Part shown: piece by piece, positions 16,558 to 26,405 of the stretch
Numbering within the stretch: the first letter of the stretch is position 1
Layout of the letters: each line of letters begins with the position of its first letter
Assembly: GCA_018713795.1 (NCBI GenBank)
Contig: DVOE01000088.1
Span: 1-48,936, forward strand
DNA: 48,936 bases
Reading direction: 5' to 3'
Source of the DNA: Candidatus Limadaptatus stercoripullorum
Lineage (GTDB): Bacteria; Bacillota; Clostridia; Christensenellales; CAG-917
Translations under genes and position numbers: made by a program
The notes under the pieces: generated by a model
Told to the model about the DNA's origin: nothing
The model's input: the letters and a program-made list of their open reading frames with translations, nothing else
The model's database searches: none

Positions 16558-19008
16558 ATGGACGAAAGGGAAGTGCGTACAAGCGAAGCGGCGAAAGCCG
16601 ACGAAACGCGGGAGACGACGCCCGCGGGACTGAGTTCCGCAGAGGTCGCGGAGCGCGTCGCGCGCGGCGAGGTCAACGGCGAACAGACCGTCCGCACCAA
16701 GAGCGTGCTGCAGATCCTGCGCTCCAACATAGTCACTTACTTCAACTTCGTTTTCGTGGTGCTCGCCACCGTGCTCGCCTTTTTCGTGGAAGACGGTGTG
16801 GCGGGGATCGGCAACTTCGGTTTTCTCATCCTCATCTTTTTCAACGCCGCGATAGGCATCTTCCAGGAGCTGCGCGCCAAGCGCACGATAGACAAGCTCT
16901 CCCTGCTCTCCGCGCCAAAAGCCGTGGTGCTGCGCGACGGGGAAGAGCGCGAGATCGCGGTGGAAGAGATAGTCCTCGACGATGTCATGCTGCTCACCGC
17001 GGGCAGACAGATATGCGCGGACAGCGTAGTCATAGACGGCGAATGCGAAGTCAACGAGTCGCTGGTCACGGGCGAACCCGACGCCATACACAAGACCGCG
17101 GGCGACAAGCTGGTGTCCGGCTCCTTCGTGGTGTCGGGGCGGGCGCTCTGCCGCGCGGAGCACATAGGCGCGGACAACTTCGTCATGAAGATGTCGGCGG
17201 GCGCCAAATATTTCAAGAAACCCTCCTCCGAGATATGGCGGTCGCTCATGATGTTCGTCAAGATCATGTCTTTCGTCATCGTACCCGTCGGGATAGCGCT
17301 CTTCCTCAGCAAATATTTCACCGGCGGCTCGGAGGACATAAACGACACCGTCGTCACCACCATAGGCTCGGTGGTGGGCATGATCCCCTCGGGGCTCATC
17401 GCTCTGACCTCCACGGTGTTCTGCGTCAGCGTCATACGCCTGTCGCGCCACAAGACCCTCGCGCAGGATCTCTATTGCGTGGAGACGCTCGCGCGCGTGG
17501 ATGTGCTCTGCCTGGACAAGACGGGCACCATAACTGCGGGCAGCATGGAAGTGACGGGCATCCTGCCCAAAGACGGCGGCAACGAAGAGGAACTTCGCGA
17601 TATGCTCCGCGCGGTGGTCTTCTCGACAGGCGACGAAAACTCCACCGCGGTCGCGCTCAAAGACGCCCTCGGAGAGAGCGGCGAGCTCCCCGAAGCCGAA
17701 CAGGTCGTCCCCTTCTCCTCCGCGAGAAAGTGGAGCGGCGCGCGCGTCGGCGGAGTGAGCTACGCCCTCGGCGCGGCGGAATTCCTGCTCGGCGAGAAGG
17801 ACGCGGAACTCATGCGGCAAGCCGAGGAAAAGGCGGCGGAGGGCTACCGCGTGCTGGCGCTCGTCTCCTCGGAGCTGCCCTTCGGCGACAAGGAACTCCC
17901 CGAAAACACCAAGTTTGAAGGATTCGTGTTCATCACGGACAAGATAAGGAAGGAAGCCCCCGACACCCTCGCCTTCTTCCGCAAGCAGGGGGTGGATGTC
18001 AAGATAATCTCGGGCGACAATCCCGCGACGGTCAGCGCGGTGGCGCGGCGGGCGGGGCTGGAAGGCTGGGACAACAGCGTGGACATGTCCGCCCTGACCA
18101 CCGAGGAAGAGGTGCGAGAAGCAGCGGTGAAGTACACCGTGTTCGGCAGGGTGCTCCCCGATCAGAAGCTGCTCATAGTCAAGGCGCTGAAAGCGGCTGG
18201 GCACACGGTGGCGATGACGGGCGACGGGGTCAACGATGTGCTCGCGCTCAAGGAATCCGACTGTTCGGTGGCGATGGCGTCGGGCTCGGACGCGGCGAAG
18301 AATGTGAGTTCGCTGGTGCTGCTCGACTCCAATTTCGCTTCCATGCCGCGAGTGGTCGCCGAGGGGCGCCGCTCCATCAACAACCTCGAACGCAGCGCGT
18401 CGCTGTATCTTGCCAAGACCATCTATAATCTGCTCATTGCGCTGATATTCATGTGCGTGCCGACGGGGCTCCCCTTCGAGCCCAAGCAGCTCACGCTCAT
18501 CGGCGGCATCACCATAGGGCTCCCCTCCTGCGTCATCGCGCTCGAGCCCAACTCCGAGCTTGTCAAGGGCAGATCGCTGACAAAGATGCTCTGCAAAGCC
18601 ATCCCGGGCGGCATAGCGGTGGCGCTTGCGGTGTCGGGCGCGACGATAGCGCAGGAGTGCTTCCTGCACCTGAACGAAGCGCAGCTTTCAAACCTCTATG
18701 TCATGATCACGACCATCACGGGACTCATCTTCCTCTTCCGCGTCTGCCTGCCCTTCAACTGGCTGCACGGGCTGACATATCTCGTGATGGTAGGTCTGTT
18801 CGCGGCGGCGTATGCGGCGAATATCCCATTCGTCAACGACTTCTTCGGGATAAGCCGCGATGTCACGGCGAAGATGGGAGAGGCGATCGCGGCGATAGTC
18901 GCGGTCATAGCGGTGATCTATGTCGGGGTGAGCTGGCTGACGCGCGACCTCGACAAGAAGATAGATCTCAAACTCAACGAGAAATTCAAAAAGAAAGTCG
19001 CGGTATGA
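16558..19008 (+). CDS. cation-translocating P-type ATPase (HAD-IC/P2-like)
   Basis: ORF 16414..19008 trimmed to MDEREVRTSE. It has an N-terminal cation-ATPase segment LSSAEVAERVARGEVN, the phosphorylation motif CLDKTGTIT, the hinge MTGDGVNDVLALKESD and 8-10 TM helices. Confidence 0.9.
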   Translation: MDEREVRTSEAAKADETRETTPAGLSSAEVAERVARGEVNGEQTVRTKSVLQILRSNIVTYFNFVFVVLATVLAFFVEDGVAGIGNFGFLILIFFNAAIGIFQELRAKRTIDKLSLLSAPKAVVLRDGEEREIAVEEIVLDDVMLLTAGRQICADSVVIDGECEVNESLVTGEPDAIHKTAGDKLVSGSFVVSGRALCRAEHIGADNFVMKMSAGAKYFKKPSSEIWRSLMMFVKIMSFVIVPVGIALFLSKYFTGGSEDINDTVVTTIGSVVGMIPSGLIALTSTVFCVSVIRLSRHKTLAQDLYCVETLARVDVLCLDKTGTITAGSMEVTGILPKDGGNEEELRDMLRAVVFSTGDENSTAVALKDALGESGELPEAEQVVPFSSARKWSGARVGGVSYALGAAEFLLGEKDAELMRQAEEKAAEGYRVLALVSSELPFGDKELPENTKFEGFVFITDKIRKEAPDTLAFFRKQGVDVKIISGDNPATVSAVARRAGLEGWDNSVDMSALTTEEEVREAAVKYTVFGRVLPDQKLLIVKALKAAGHTVAMTGDGVNDVLALKESDCSVAMASGSDAAKNVSSLVLLDSNFASMPRVVAEGRRSINNLERSASLYLAKTIYNLLIALIFMCVPTGLPFEPKQLTLIGGITIGLPSCVIALEPNSELVKGRSLTKMLCKAIPGGIAVALAVSGATIAQECFLHLNEAQLSNLYVMITTITGLIFLFRVCLPFNWLHGLTYLVMVGLFAAAYAANIPFVNDFFGISRDVTAKMGEAIAAIVAVIAVIYVGVSWLTRDLDKKIDLKLNEKFKKKVAV

Positions 19009-19033
19009 TAGCGGCGTCCGTACGGGGGAAGAC

Positions 19034-20644
19034 ATGGACAGGGAGAAAGATATGGTTTTGACGGACGGCGCCGGAGAAAGGGCAACCGCCCGTCCCGCGG
19101 CGCCCGCGAGAGCCGGATATGTGCGCACGGACGCGTCCCTCTTCGTCTGCGACGACGCGCCCAAGGGACCGCCGCGCACCATCGAGATATCCAAGCGCGC
19201 GGTGCTCATATCCGTGGTCATAGTGCTGGTGCTGGTCATCGCGGCGATAGTGCTGACCCAGGTGCTGCCGCGCGGCGAATACGAGCGAGTGCCGGATGAG
19301 AGCGGCAATATGCAGATCGTCCCCGGCACCTACGCCGAAGACGACAGCCTGCCCTCCCTCAAATGGTGGCAGGCGGTGTTCTCTCCCTTCCTGGTGCTCG
19401 ATCCCACGATGGACGGTTCGCTCATGGTGTGGGCGCTCATCGCGCTGCTGCTCGTCATAGGCGCGGTGTTCACCGCCCTCGACCACACGGGCGTGCTCAT
19501 CTACATGGTGGAAGCGCTCAGGAACAAGTTCCGCACGCGGCGCTACGCCCTGCTGTTCATCCTGCCGCTCGCGTTCATGTTCCTGGGGTCGTCGGCGGGG
19601 ATGTTCGAGGAACTCATCCCTCTCGTGCCGGTGGTGGTGCTGCTTTGCTATGCCTTCGGCTGGGACGCGCTCGTGGGGCTCGCCATATCCGTGCTCGCGG
19701 CGTGCTTCGGGTTCACGGCGGGCGTGGTCAACCCGTTCACGGTGGGCGTCTCGCAAAATCTCATGGGCATACCCATGTTCTCGGGCATAGAGATGCGCCT
19801 ACTCACATTCGTCGTCGCCTACGGCATACTCATGGCGTTCGTCTACCCCTACGCGCGAAAGATAGAGAAAAAACCGCAACGCTCGCTCGTCTACCTCGAA
19901 GACACCCGCAAAAAACACGGCTTCGACTTCTCGAGCGCCGAATTCGTCCGCGACGAAGGCAAGTCCCGCGCTCTCAAATGGTTCGCGTGCTGGATGCTGG
20001 TCGTGGTGTTCTTCGCGGTGCTGTCCATCTTCATCCAGCCGCACTATATCCCCGCGCTCGGCGACTTCTCGCTGGCGGACTATGTGCTCTACATAACCGT
20101 GGCGATATATGTCGTGGCGGGCATAGGCGCCTGCGTGATGTGCGGTTTGAGGGGCAAGGAACTCTTCAAAAAACTCGGCAAAGGACTGGTCACCCTGCTG
20201 CCCGCGGTCGCAATGATACTCATCGCCAGCGGCGTGCGCTATATCATGGAAAAGGGCTATGTCATGGACACCATCCTCTACAAGGTGACCTCCGCCTGCG
20301 CGGGACAGTCCCCCGCCGTCATAATCCTGCTCGTCTACCTCGCCATCTTCATCTTCGAGATGTTCATCCCGTCGGGCTCGGCGAAAGCGTTCCTGCTCAT
20401 GCCCATGATAGGCGCCATGTGCACCCAGCTCGGCATAGACGGACAGGTGGCGGTGCTCGCCTTCGCGTACGGCGACGGCTTTGCCAATGTGCTCTTGCCC
20501 ACCAACGCGGGCTTGCTGCTCATCCTCGGCATGACCACGGTCAACTACCCGAAATGGATACGCTGGAGCGGCAAGATACAGTTCACCCTGCTCGCCGCGA
20601 CGGTAGGCATACTCATGCTCGCGCAATATGTGATCTACGCTTAG
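19034..20644 (+). CDS. YfcC/DcuC-type anaerobic C4-dicarboxylate-carrier-family membrane protein
   Basis: Polytopic protein. The N-terminal pattern LPRGEYERVPDESGNMQIVPGTYAE...LLLVIGAVFTALDHTGVL resembles the YfcC family. The start could also be the ATG at 19052. Confidence 0.7.
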   Translation: MDREKDMVLTDGAGERATARPAAPARAGYVRTDASLFVCDDAPKGPPRTIEISKRAVLISVVIVLVLVIAAIVLTQVLPRGEYERVPDESGNMQIVPGTYAEDDSLPSLKWWQAVFSPFLVLDPTMDGSLMVWALIALLLVIGAVFTALDHTGVLIYMVEALRNKFRTRRYALLFILPLAFMFLGSSAGMFEELIPLVPVVVLLCYAFGWDALVGLAISVLAACFGFTAGVVNPFTVGVSQNLMGIPMFSGIEMRLLTFVVAYGILMAFVYPYARKIEKKPQRSLVYLEDTRKKHGFDFSSAEFVRDEGKSRALKWFACWMLVVVFFAVLSIFIQPHYIPALGDFSLADYVLYITVAIYVVAGIGACVMCGLRGKELFKKLGKGLVTLLPAVAMILIASGVRYIMEKGYVMDTILYKVTSACAGQSPAVIILLVYLAIFIFEMFIPSGSAKAFLLMPMIGAMCTQLGIDGQVAVLAFAYGDGFANVLLPTNAGLLLILGMTTVNYPKWIRWSGKIQFTLLAATVGILMLAQYVIYA

Positions 20645-20717
20645 CCCCGGGCAGTTGACCCGGACGCGCTTTCGGGGCATAATATCAAATGGCGGCAGCC
20701 GCCGCCGCGGAGGAGAT

Positions 20718-21236
20718 ATGGAACTCGCTCTCAAAGCCAAAAAGAAAAATCTCGGGCTCGCCATCGCGCTCACGGTGGGGCTCATAGTCGGCATACCATG
20801 CATAGTCGTGGGCGCGGTCAAGATGGGCGATGTCAAGGCGTTCGCCGCCCTGCTCGCCGTGGGCATAGTGCTCACCGTGCTCGGCTTCTACGGCTCGCCC
20901 GTCGCCTGGTCGAGGATGTCCTCCGTCAACCAGGAACTCACCCTCGTGCAGGCGGTCACCACCGAACACCTCTACACCGTCGCCGACCTCTCGCAGCGCC
21001 TCAACCTCAAAGGCAAGCTCACTTCGGATGTGCTCAACAACTGCATAAGGAAGGGCTATCTCGTGGGCTATATCCGCGAGGGCGACACCCTGGTGCTCAA
21101 CGAAAACCGCGCCTTGGGTCCCACCGTCCACGACTTCGAATGCCCGCGCTGCGGCGCGCCCATCTCCGTCACGGCAGGCGAAAAGACCCGCTGCCCCTAT
21201 TGCGGCTCTCCCGTCACCCCGCCCGAAGCCAAATGA
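20718..21236 (+). CDS. membrane-anchored protein with cytoplasmic wHTH-like segment and C-terminal zinc ribbon
   Basis: ORF 20655..21236 trimmed to MELALKAKKK, with GGAGGAG upstream. It has two predicted TM helices. The C-terminus is CPRCGAPISVTAGEKTRCPYCGSP (CxxC...CxxC). Confidence 0.65.
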   Translation: MELALKAKKKNLGLAIALTVGLIVGIPCIVVGAVKMGDVKAFAALLAVGIVLTVLGFYGSPVAWSRMSSVNQELTLVQAVTTEHLYTVADLSQRLNLKGKLTSDVLNNCIRKGYLVGYIREGDTLVLNENRALGPTVHDFECPRCGAPISVTAGEKTRCPYCGSPVTPPEAK

Positions 21237-21258
21237 CAAAACACGGTCTTTAACATAA

Positions 21259-21295
21259 CAAAACGCGGAGCAAAACTCCGCGTTTTTGTTTTTAG
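21259..21295. terminator. bidirectional intrinsic terminator between convergent genes
   Basis: AAACGCGGAG-CAAAA-CTCCGCGTTT with A-tract upstream and T-tract downstream. It sits between the zinc-ribbon gene (+) and typA (-). Confidence 0.8.
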
Positions 21296-21314
21296 TCCTG
21301 CTTGGGCGGCGGCG

Positions 21315-23135
21315 TTACTGTTTGCCTTTGGACTGCAGTTTCAGCCGTTCGCTGCCCGAGAGGATGACCTTGCGGATGCGGATGTTCTTGGGGGTGACTT
21401 CGAGCATCTCGTCGTCGTTCAGGAACTCTATGGCTTCCTCAAGGCTGAACTTGCGCGGGGTGGTCAGGCGGAGAGCCTCGTCCGAGCCTGCGGCGCGCAT
21501 GTTGGTGACATGTTTCTTCTTGCACACATTGACGCGGATGTCCTCGGACTTCGGAGACATGCCGACCACCATGCCCTCGTAGACGGGGGTCTGCGGCTCG
21601 ATGAACAGCGTGCCGCGATCCTGGGCGTTGAACAGCCCGTAGGAGGACGCCTCGCCCGTCTCGAAGGCGACGAGCGAGCCGGTGAAGCGGCGCTGGATCT
21701 GTCCCTTGTACGGCGCGTAGCCCGCGAACAGTTGGTTCATCACGCCCTCGCCCTTGGTGTCCGTCAAAAACTCGTTCTTGAACCCGAACATGCCTCTTGC
21801 GGGCACGAGGAATTCCATCCTTATCCTGCTGCCGCGCGGTTCCATGGTGACCAGCTCGCCTTTGCGCACGCCCATGCGTTCCATGACCGCGCCCACCGCC
21901 TCGGAGGGCACATCCACGAAAAGCCGCTCCATGGGCTCGCACTTCACGCCGTTCTCCTCGCGGAGGATGACCTGCGGGGTGCCAACGCCGAACTCGTAGC
22001 CTTCGCGGCGCATGGTCTCGATGAGTATGCTAAGGTGCATCTCGCCTCTGCCGCACACCTTGAATTTGTCCGGGCTGTCCGTGTGGTAGACGCGAAGGGA
22101 CACATCCTTCAACAGCTCGCGGAACAGCCTGTCCCTGAGCTGACGGGAGGTGACGAACTTGCCTTCCCTGCCCGCGAACGGGCTGTCGTTGACGGCGAAG
22201 GTCATCTCGATGGTCGGCTCGCCTATCTTGACGAAGGGGACGGGATCTATCTTTTCGGGTGCGCAGAGCGTGTTGCCGATGGTGACGGATTCTATGCCGC
22301 TGAAGCAGACGATATCCCCCACCTCCGCCCGCTCGACGGAAGCGCGCTTGAGTCCTTCGATCTGGAATATGTTCGCGATCTTCCCCTTGTACGGCGACAG
22401 TCCGTCCGTCGCGCATACCACGACTTCTTCGCCCGCGCGCACGCTGCCGCGCTCTATCCTGCCTATGCCTATCCGCCCGACATAGTCGTTGTAGTCTATT
22501 GCCGAGACCAAAAGTTGCAGGTGGCCGTCGGGATCGCCCTCGGGCGGGTCGATGTAGCTCGTTATGGTGTCGAAGAGGGGCTGGAGATCTTTGCCGGGCT
22601 GGGTGGGACTGAGACTCGCCGTGGCGTTCTTGCCCGAGCAGTACACTATGGGGCTCAAAAGTTTGTCGTCGTCGGCTCCGAGGTCGAGCAGCAGCTCGAG
22701 CACCTCGTCTCCCACCTCGGCGGTGCGGGCGTCGGGACGGTCGATCTTGTTGACGACGATGATCATCTTGAGCCCGAGCTCGAGGGCTTTTTCGACCACG
22801 AACCGCGTCTGCGGCATGGGTCCCTCGGCGGCGTCGACAAGCAGCAGCACGCCGCTCGCCATCTTGAGCACGCGCTCTACCTCGCCCGAAAAATCGGCGT
22901 GCCCCGGGGTGTCGATGACATTTATCTTGACGCCTTTCCAATGCACGGCGGTGTTCTTGGCGAGTATGGTTATGCCGCGCTCGCGCTCGAGGTCGCCCGA
23001 GTCCATGACGCAGGTCTGCACCTGCTGGTTGTCGCGGAATATCCCCGCCTGACGAAGCATACCGTCCACCAGCGTGGTCTTGCCGTGGTCGACATGCGCT
23101 ATGATCGCAACATTCCTCAGATCTTCACGAACCAT
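21315..23135 (-). CDS. typA: translational GTPase TypA/BipA
   Basis: NVAIIAHVDHGKTTLVD, DTPGHADF and NKIDR G-motifs. The protein is 606 aa with full-length TypA-like sequence. Confidence 0.95.
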   Translation of the reverse strand: MVREDLRNVAIIAHVDHGKTTLVDGMLRQAGIFRDNQQVQTCVMDSGDLERERGITILAKNTAVHWKGVKINVIDTPGHADFSGEVERVLKMASGVLLLVDAAEGPMPQTRFVVEKALELGLKMIIVVNKIDRPDARTAEVGDEVLELLLDLGADDDKLLSPIVYCSGKNATASLSPTQPGKDLQPLFDTITSYIDPPEGDPDGHLQLLVSAIDYNDYVGRIGIGRIERGSVRAGEEVVVCATDGLSPYKGKIANIFQIEGLKRASVERAEVGDIVCFSGIESVTIGNTLCAPEKIDPVPFVKIGEPTIEMTFAVNDSPFAGREGKFVTSRQLRDRLFRELLKDVSLRVYHTDSPDKFKVCGRGEMHLSILIETMRREGYEFGVGTPQVILREENGVKCEPMERLFVDVPSEAVGAVMERMGVRKGELVTMEPRGSRIRMEFLVPARGMFGFKNEFLTDTKGEGVMNQLFAGYAPYKGQIQRRFTGSLVAFETGEASSYGLFNAQDRGTLFIEPQTPVYEGMVVGMSPKSEDIRVNVCKKKHVTNMRAAGSDEALRLTTPRKFSLEEAIEFLNDDEMLEVTPKNIRIRKVILSGSERLKLQSKGKQ

Positions 23136-23228
23136 TTTTCCTCTCGTTCTCCCGCGCCTTCCGGCGCGCCGAAGTGATGTATTTGTCGCCCGCGCGCACG
23201 GAGCATCGCCCCGCGCGCTTCCGGGTGG

Positions 23229-24350
23229 TCATTTTCTGTCTATGTTCACCGAAAGCTCCGCCCCGCCGAGCGCCTCGCCCGCGGCTTCTTCCACGCTCTT
23301 TCGCGTGACATCGCTCTCGTAAGGCACCGCCGCGTCGAAGGACGCGCGCCTGACGCCGTCCGCGCCCGTGTACAATCTGAAATCGTGGATGGTGATGCCG
23401 GGATCGAGAGCTGCGAGCGCCGCCCCGACGCGCGCTTTTGCCTCGTCGAGTTCGTCGTTCCCGAGCTCCACGGGATCGGTGTGCAGCGTCAGCCTGACGC
23501 CGAGCTTTTCAAGCACCGCCCGCTCTATGCCGTCCGCCAGCTCGTGCGCTTCGCGGAGCGACATTTCCGAGGGCACTTCGAGGTGCGCCACGGCAAAGAA
23601 TCTGTCCTCGCCGTATCCGTGCATCTCGAGGTCGTGCATCCCCACCGCTCCCGGCGCCGAGAGCACCTCGGAACGGAGTTTTTCTTCAAGACCCGCGGGC
23701 GGACGCGCGCCGAGCAGCGGGCTGACCGCCCCCGCGGCGCTCTTGCCCGCCATTATCATGACGAACAGCGACACCGCTATGCCCGTCCAGCCGTCTATGT
23801 TGACTCCCGCCTTGTCCGCGACCACCGTGGACGCGAGTGCCGCGCCCGTCGCGAGTATGTCGGTCAGGCTGTCGAGAGCCGCCGCGCGGAGAGTCCCCGA
23901 ATTTATGCGCTTTGCAAGCATCAGGTACACCGCCGCCTGCACCGCCTTGACACCCATCGCGACGCCGAGGACCGCGTAGGAAAACGCGCTCGCCGTCAGC
24001 GGCTCGGGGTCTATCACCGCCGACACCGAAGTGTAGCACAGCACCGCGCCCACCGCGAACACCAAGAGCGAGAGCACGAGCGTTGTTATGTACTCGTACC
24101 GCGCGTGCCCGAAGGGATGTTCCCTGTCCGCGGGACGCGCCGCCAATCTGAACCCCGCGAGCGTGAGCGCGCTGCCGCCCGCGTCCGAGAGGTTGTTCAC
24201 CGCGTCCGCGACCACTGTTATGCTGCCGCTGAGCACGCCCGCCGCCGTCTTGAGCGCGAAAAGAACGGCGTTCGAGCAAAGCCCGAATACCCCCGCGCCC
24301 ACGCCGCTGTTCAGCCGCGCGTCCTTTTTCTCATCCGCGGTCTTGCTCAC
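23229..24350 (-). CDS. cation diffusion facilitator (CDF) family transporter
   Basis: SITVVADAVNNLSDAGGS...REHPFGHARYEYI is typical of CDF TM2/TM5 metal-site regions. A cytoplasmic C-terminal domain is present. The GTG start overlaps the upstream stop (GTGA). Confidence 0.85.
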   Translation of the reverse strand: MSKTADEKKDARLNSGVGAGVFGLCSNAVLFALKTAAGVLSGSITVVADAVNNLSDAGGSALTLAGFRLAARPADREHPFGHARYEYITTLVLSLLVFAVGAVLCYTSVSAVIDPEPLTASAFSYAVLGVAMGVKAVQAAVYLMLAKRINSGTLRAAALDSLTDILATGAALASTVVADKAGVNIDGWTGIAVSLFVMIMAGKSAAGAVSPLLGARPPAGLEEKLRSEVLSAPGAVGMHDLEMHGYGEDRFFAVAHLEVPSEMSLREAHELADGIERAVLEKLGVRLTLHTDPVELGNDELDEAKARVGAALAALDPGITIHDFRLYTGADGVRRASFDAAVPYESDVTRKSVEEAAGEALGGAELSVNIDRK

Positions 24351-24526
24351 CAGTCCTCCCTGTGAGATATCTTCACATCGTCGTAAAAGTCGAAGTAGCG
24401 CCTCTTGTACTCCGCCGTCCGCGCCCTCTCGCGCCTGAGCTCCTCGCGGGCGAGTTTCTCGGCGTCGGTGGCGGGCGGAGCCTTGGGCTCCGCGACGGGA
24501 GTGAGCTTGGTCTTGTCCTCTCTCAT
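24347..24526 (-). CDS. small charged protein (59 aa), unknown function
   Basis: MREDKTKLTPVAEPKAPPATDAEKLAREELRRERARTAEYKRRYFDFYDDVKISHREDW. Its ATG overlaps the yhbY stop (ATGA) and its TGA overlaps the CDF GTG (GTGA), so it is translationally coupled on both sides. Confidence 0.5.
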   Translation of the reverse strand: MREDKTKLTPVAEPKAPPATDAEKLAREELRRERARTAEYKRRYFDFYDDVKISHREDW

Positions 24527-24816
24527 AGCTCTATATGCGCCGCGCCCTCGCGGGTGCTCCTCCTGTAAAGCACGATCTTGCTGCCGATGGCGGCGACCTG
24601 CTCGGCTCCGAGCGCCGAGGCGAGCTCCGCCATGAGCTCCTTCGCGCTGCCGTCCGCAGTCCTCAGCACACTTATCTTGACGAGCTCGTGCGCCTCGAGC
24701 GCGGCGGAAATGTCGGCGATCATGTTGTCGTTGATGCCGCCTTTGCCTATCTGGAACCACGGCTCCAGCCCGGACGCCATAGCCCTGAGCTTAGCCCTCT
24801 GTTTGCTGTCAAGCAT
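24523..24816 (-). CDS. yhbY: YhbY-family (CRM domain) RNA-binding protein
   Basis: LDSKQRAKLRAMASGLEPWFQIGKGGINDNMIADISAALEAHELVKISVL matches the CRS1/YhbY domain pattern. 97 aa. Confidence 0.85.
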   Translation of the reverse strand: MLDSKQRAKLRAMASGLEPWFQIGKGGINDNMIADISAALEAHELVKISVLRTADGSAKELMAELASALGAEQVAAIGSKIVLYRRSTREGAAHIEL

Positions 24817-24862
24817 TGTCCCTCCGTTGCCGCCTTGTGCGGCTTGCCGCGCAACGCGGCGT

Positions 24863-25315
24863 TTATCTGTCGTTATCCGACCTTAAAGGTGCGAATATGC
24901 GCTCTTCCGCTATCTCGGCGGCGAGAGCGACCAGCTCGGGGCAGCTCATGCCCCTCACGCCTTCCGCCCTGTTCGCGCGCGCCGCGAGCAGTTCTCTGCA
25001 AACTATCGAACCCGCGCGGGAGCGGAACTCCTCCGCGAGCTCGCGCTCCTCGGCGTAGAGGGCGGCTTTGGCGCGGGGATCCGAGGTGTCGACGCGGCGC
25101 ACGAATGAGAGCACGAGCATGAGCCCGCTCACCGTGCCGCACACTTCGCCCAGCCTGCCTATCCCGCCGCCGAAGGGCGCGCCCGCCGTCAGCAACACGC
25201 GCTCGTCCTCGCCGAGCTCGTCCGCAAACGCCATGAGCACCGCCTGCGCGCAGTTGCGTCTGCCTTCCGTGTAGAACTTCGCGGCATATTCGCCGCGCTC
25301 TTTGGCGGTCATCAT
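24863..25315 (-). CDS. C_GCAxxG_C_C family protein
   Basis: The Cys pattern NCAQAVL ... GEVCGTVSG ... IVCREL ... MSCPELV is typical of this putative redox-active family. 150 aa. Confidence 0.7.
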   Translation of the reverse strand: MMTAKERGEYAAKFYTEGRRNCAQAVLMAFADELGEDERVLLTAGAPFGGGIGRLGEVCGTVSGLMLVLSFVRRVDTSDPRAKAALYAEERELAEEFRSRAGSIVCRELLAARANRAEGVRGMSCPELVALAAEIAEERIFAPLRSDNDR

Positions 25316-26208
25316 TCCTCCTCCTTGCCCCCGGCGTCCTCCGTCGCGGGCGAGGAGCTCTTCGCCGCTTTGCTCTTCTTGGTGAGCATGAGCGCGGCGG
25401 GCTTTGCGCCCTCGTAAACATCCACCTTGAGATTGGGAGTGAGCACGCCCTGCTCGGCGAGCGCGGTGTACACATTCTCGGTGAGGTTGTCCTTAGCCGT
25501 CCAGTAGTCGGCGATGGCGGCGTAGCACTTGAGCTTGAAGCGTATGCAGCCTGCGTCCTGACCCGACATGCGCACGGACACGGAATGCTCGGAAGACACG
25601 AGCGGTTCCGCCTCGGCGACGGCGAGCACGGTCTGTTTGATGGGGTCGAGAGCGGCGCCCTTCTCGGCAGCCACCTCGATGACTATCCTTCTCACGCCGC
25701 AGGCGTCGTAGTTGATGATGGGATTGTTGACCGCCTCGGAATTGGGCACGATGATCTCGGTGTTGTCGTCGGTGCGGAGGGTGGTGTTGAAGAGATTTAT
25801 GGCGGTGATCCTGCCCTCTTCGCCCGCTATCTCGACATAGTCGTCCTTTTTGAAGGGCTTGTTGAAGATGATCATTATGCCGCTCGCGATGTTGCCCAGG
25901 CTGTCTTTGAGGGCGAGACCTATGGCGACGCCGCAGGTGCCTATCACGGCGATGATGGACGCGGTGTTGATGCCCATGGTCGCGAGCGCGGTGATGAGCA
26001 CGATTATCTTGAGCACGATGTCCACCAGCGCGGCGACGAAGTTGACCATCGCCTCGTCGTGTTTGCCGCGGCGGAGAAGTATCTTTTTGAGCACCGCTTT
26101 GATGAGCGCGCAGAGCAGCAGCCCGACCACGAGTATGATGATCCCGTAGAGGATGTCCAGCCCCGCGTTTTTGAAGAAGTCAACTATCTTATTCCCGAAT
26201 TCTTTCAT
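25312..26208 (-). CDS. small-conductance mechanosensitive channel (MscS family)
   Basis: ORF trimmed to MKEFGNKIVDFF. Pore and beta-domain motifs: GVAIGLALKDSLGNIASGIMIIFNKPFKKDDYVEI...GRITAINLFNTTLRTDDNTEIIVPNSE. The C-terminus is a charged tail. Confidence 0.85.
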   Translation of the reverse strand: MKEFGNKIVDFFKNAGLDILYGIIILVVGLLLCALIKAVLKKILLRRGKHDEAMVNFVAALVDIVLKIIVLITALATMGINTASIIAVIGTCGVAIGLALKDSLGNIASGIMIIFNKPFKKDDYVEIAGEEGRITAINLFNTTLRTDDNTEIIVPNSEAVNNPIINYDACGVRRIVIEVAAEKGAALDPIKQTVLAVAEAEPLVSSEHSVSVRMSGQDAGCIRFKLKCYAAIADYWTAKDNLTENVYTALAEQGVLTPNLKVDVYEGAKPAALMLTKKSKAAKSSSPATEDAGGKEEE

Positions 26209-26235
26209 ATGCGTTCCGTCCGGTTTTATTTGAAG

Positions 26236-26263
26236 ATTATAGCACAAAATCCGCGATATGCAA
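26236..26263 (-). promoter_or_regulatory. sigma-70-type promoter for the mscS operon
   Basis: Minus strand reads TTGCAT (26263-26258)-16 nt-TATAAT (26241-26236), with TGC immediately upstream (extended -10). Confidence 0.55.
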
Positions 26264-26329
26264 ACGACGCGCACGCATATACGGACGCGCCCGCAGGTTT
26301 TTTTGCGCGCGCGGACGGCGGCGCGCGGG

Positions 26330-26358
26330 TTGCGGGCGGGGGCGCGGCGTGGTATAAT
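26330..26358 (+). promoter_or_regulatory. sigma-70-type promoter for the peptidase-thiN operon
   Basis: TTGCGG (26330-26335)-17 nt-TATAAT (26353-26358), with TGG immediately upstream (TGnTATAAT extended -10). Confidence 0.55.
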
Positions 26359-26405
26359 CGTATGCGGCGCGGACGCGGCGACAGCCGCCGCGCGGGAGGA
26401 AGAAC

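Noticed and set aside
16534-18669. 711-aa minus-strand ORF antisense to the P-type ATPase
   Set aside because: Same reasoning. The plus-strand frame carries DKTGT and GDGVND motifs, while the antisense product is low-complexity Arg/His/Gly/Glu.
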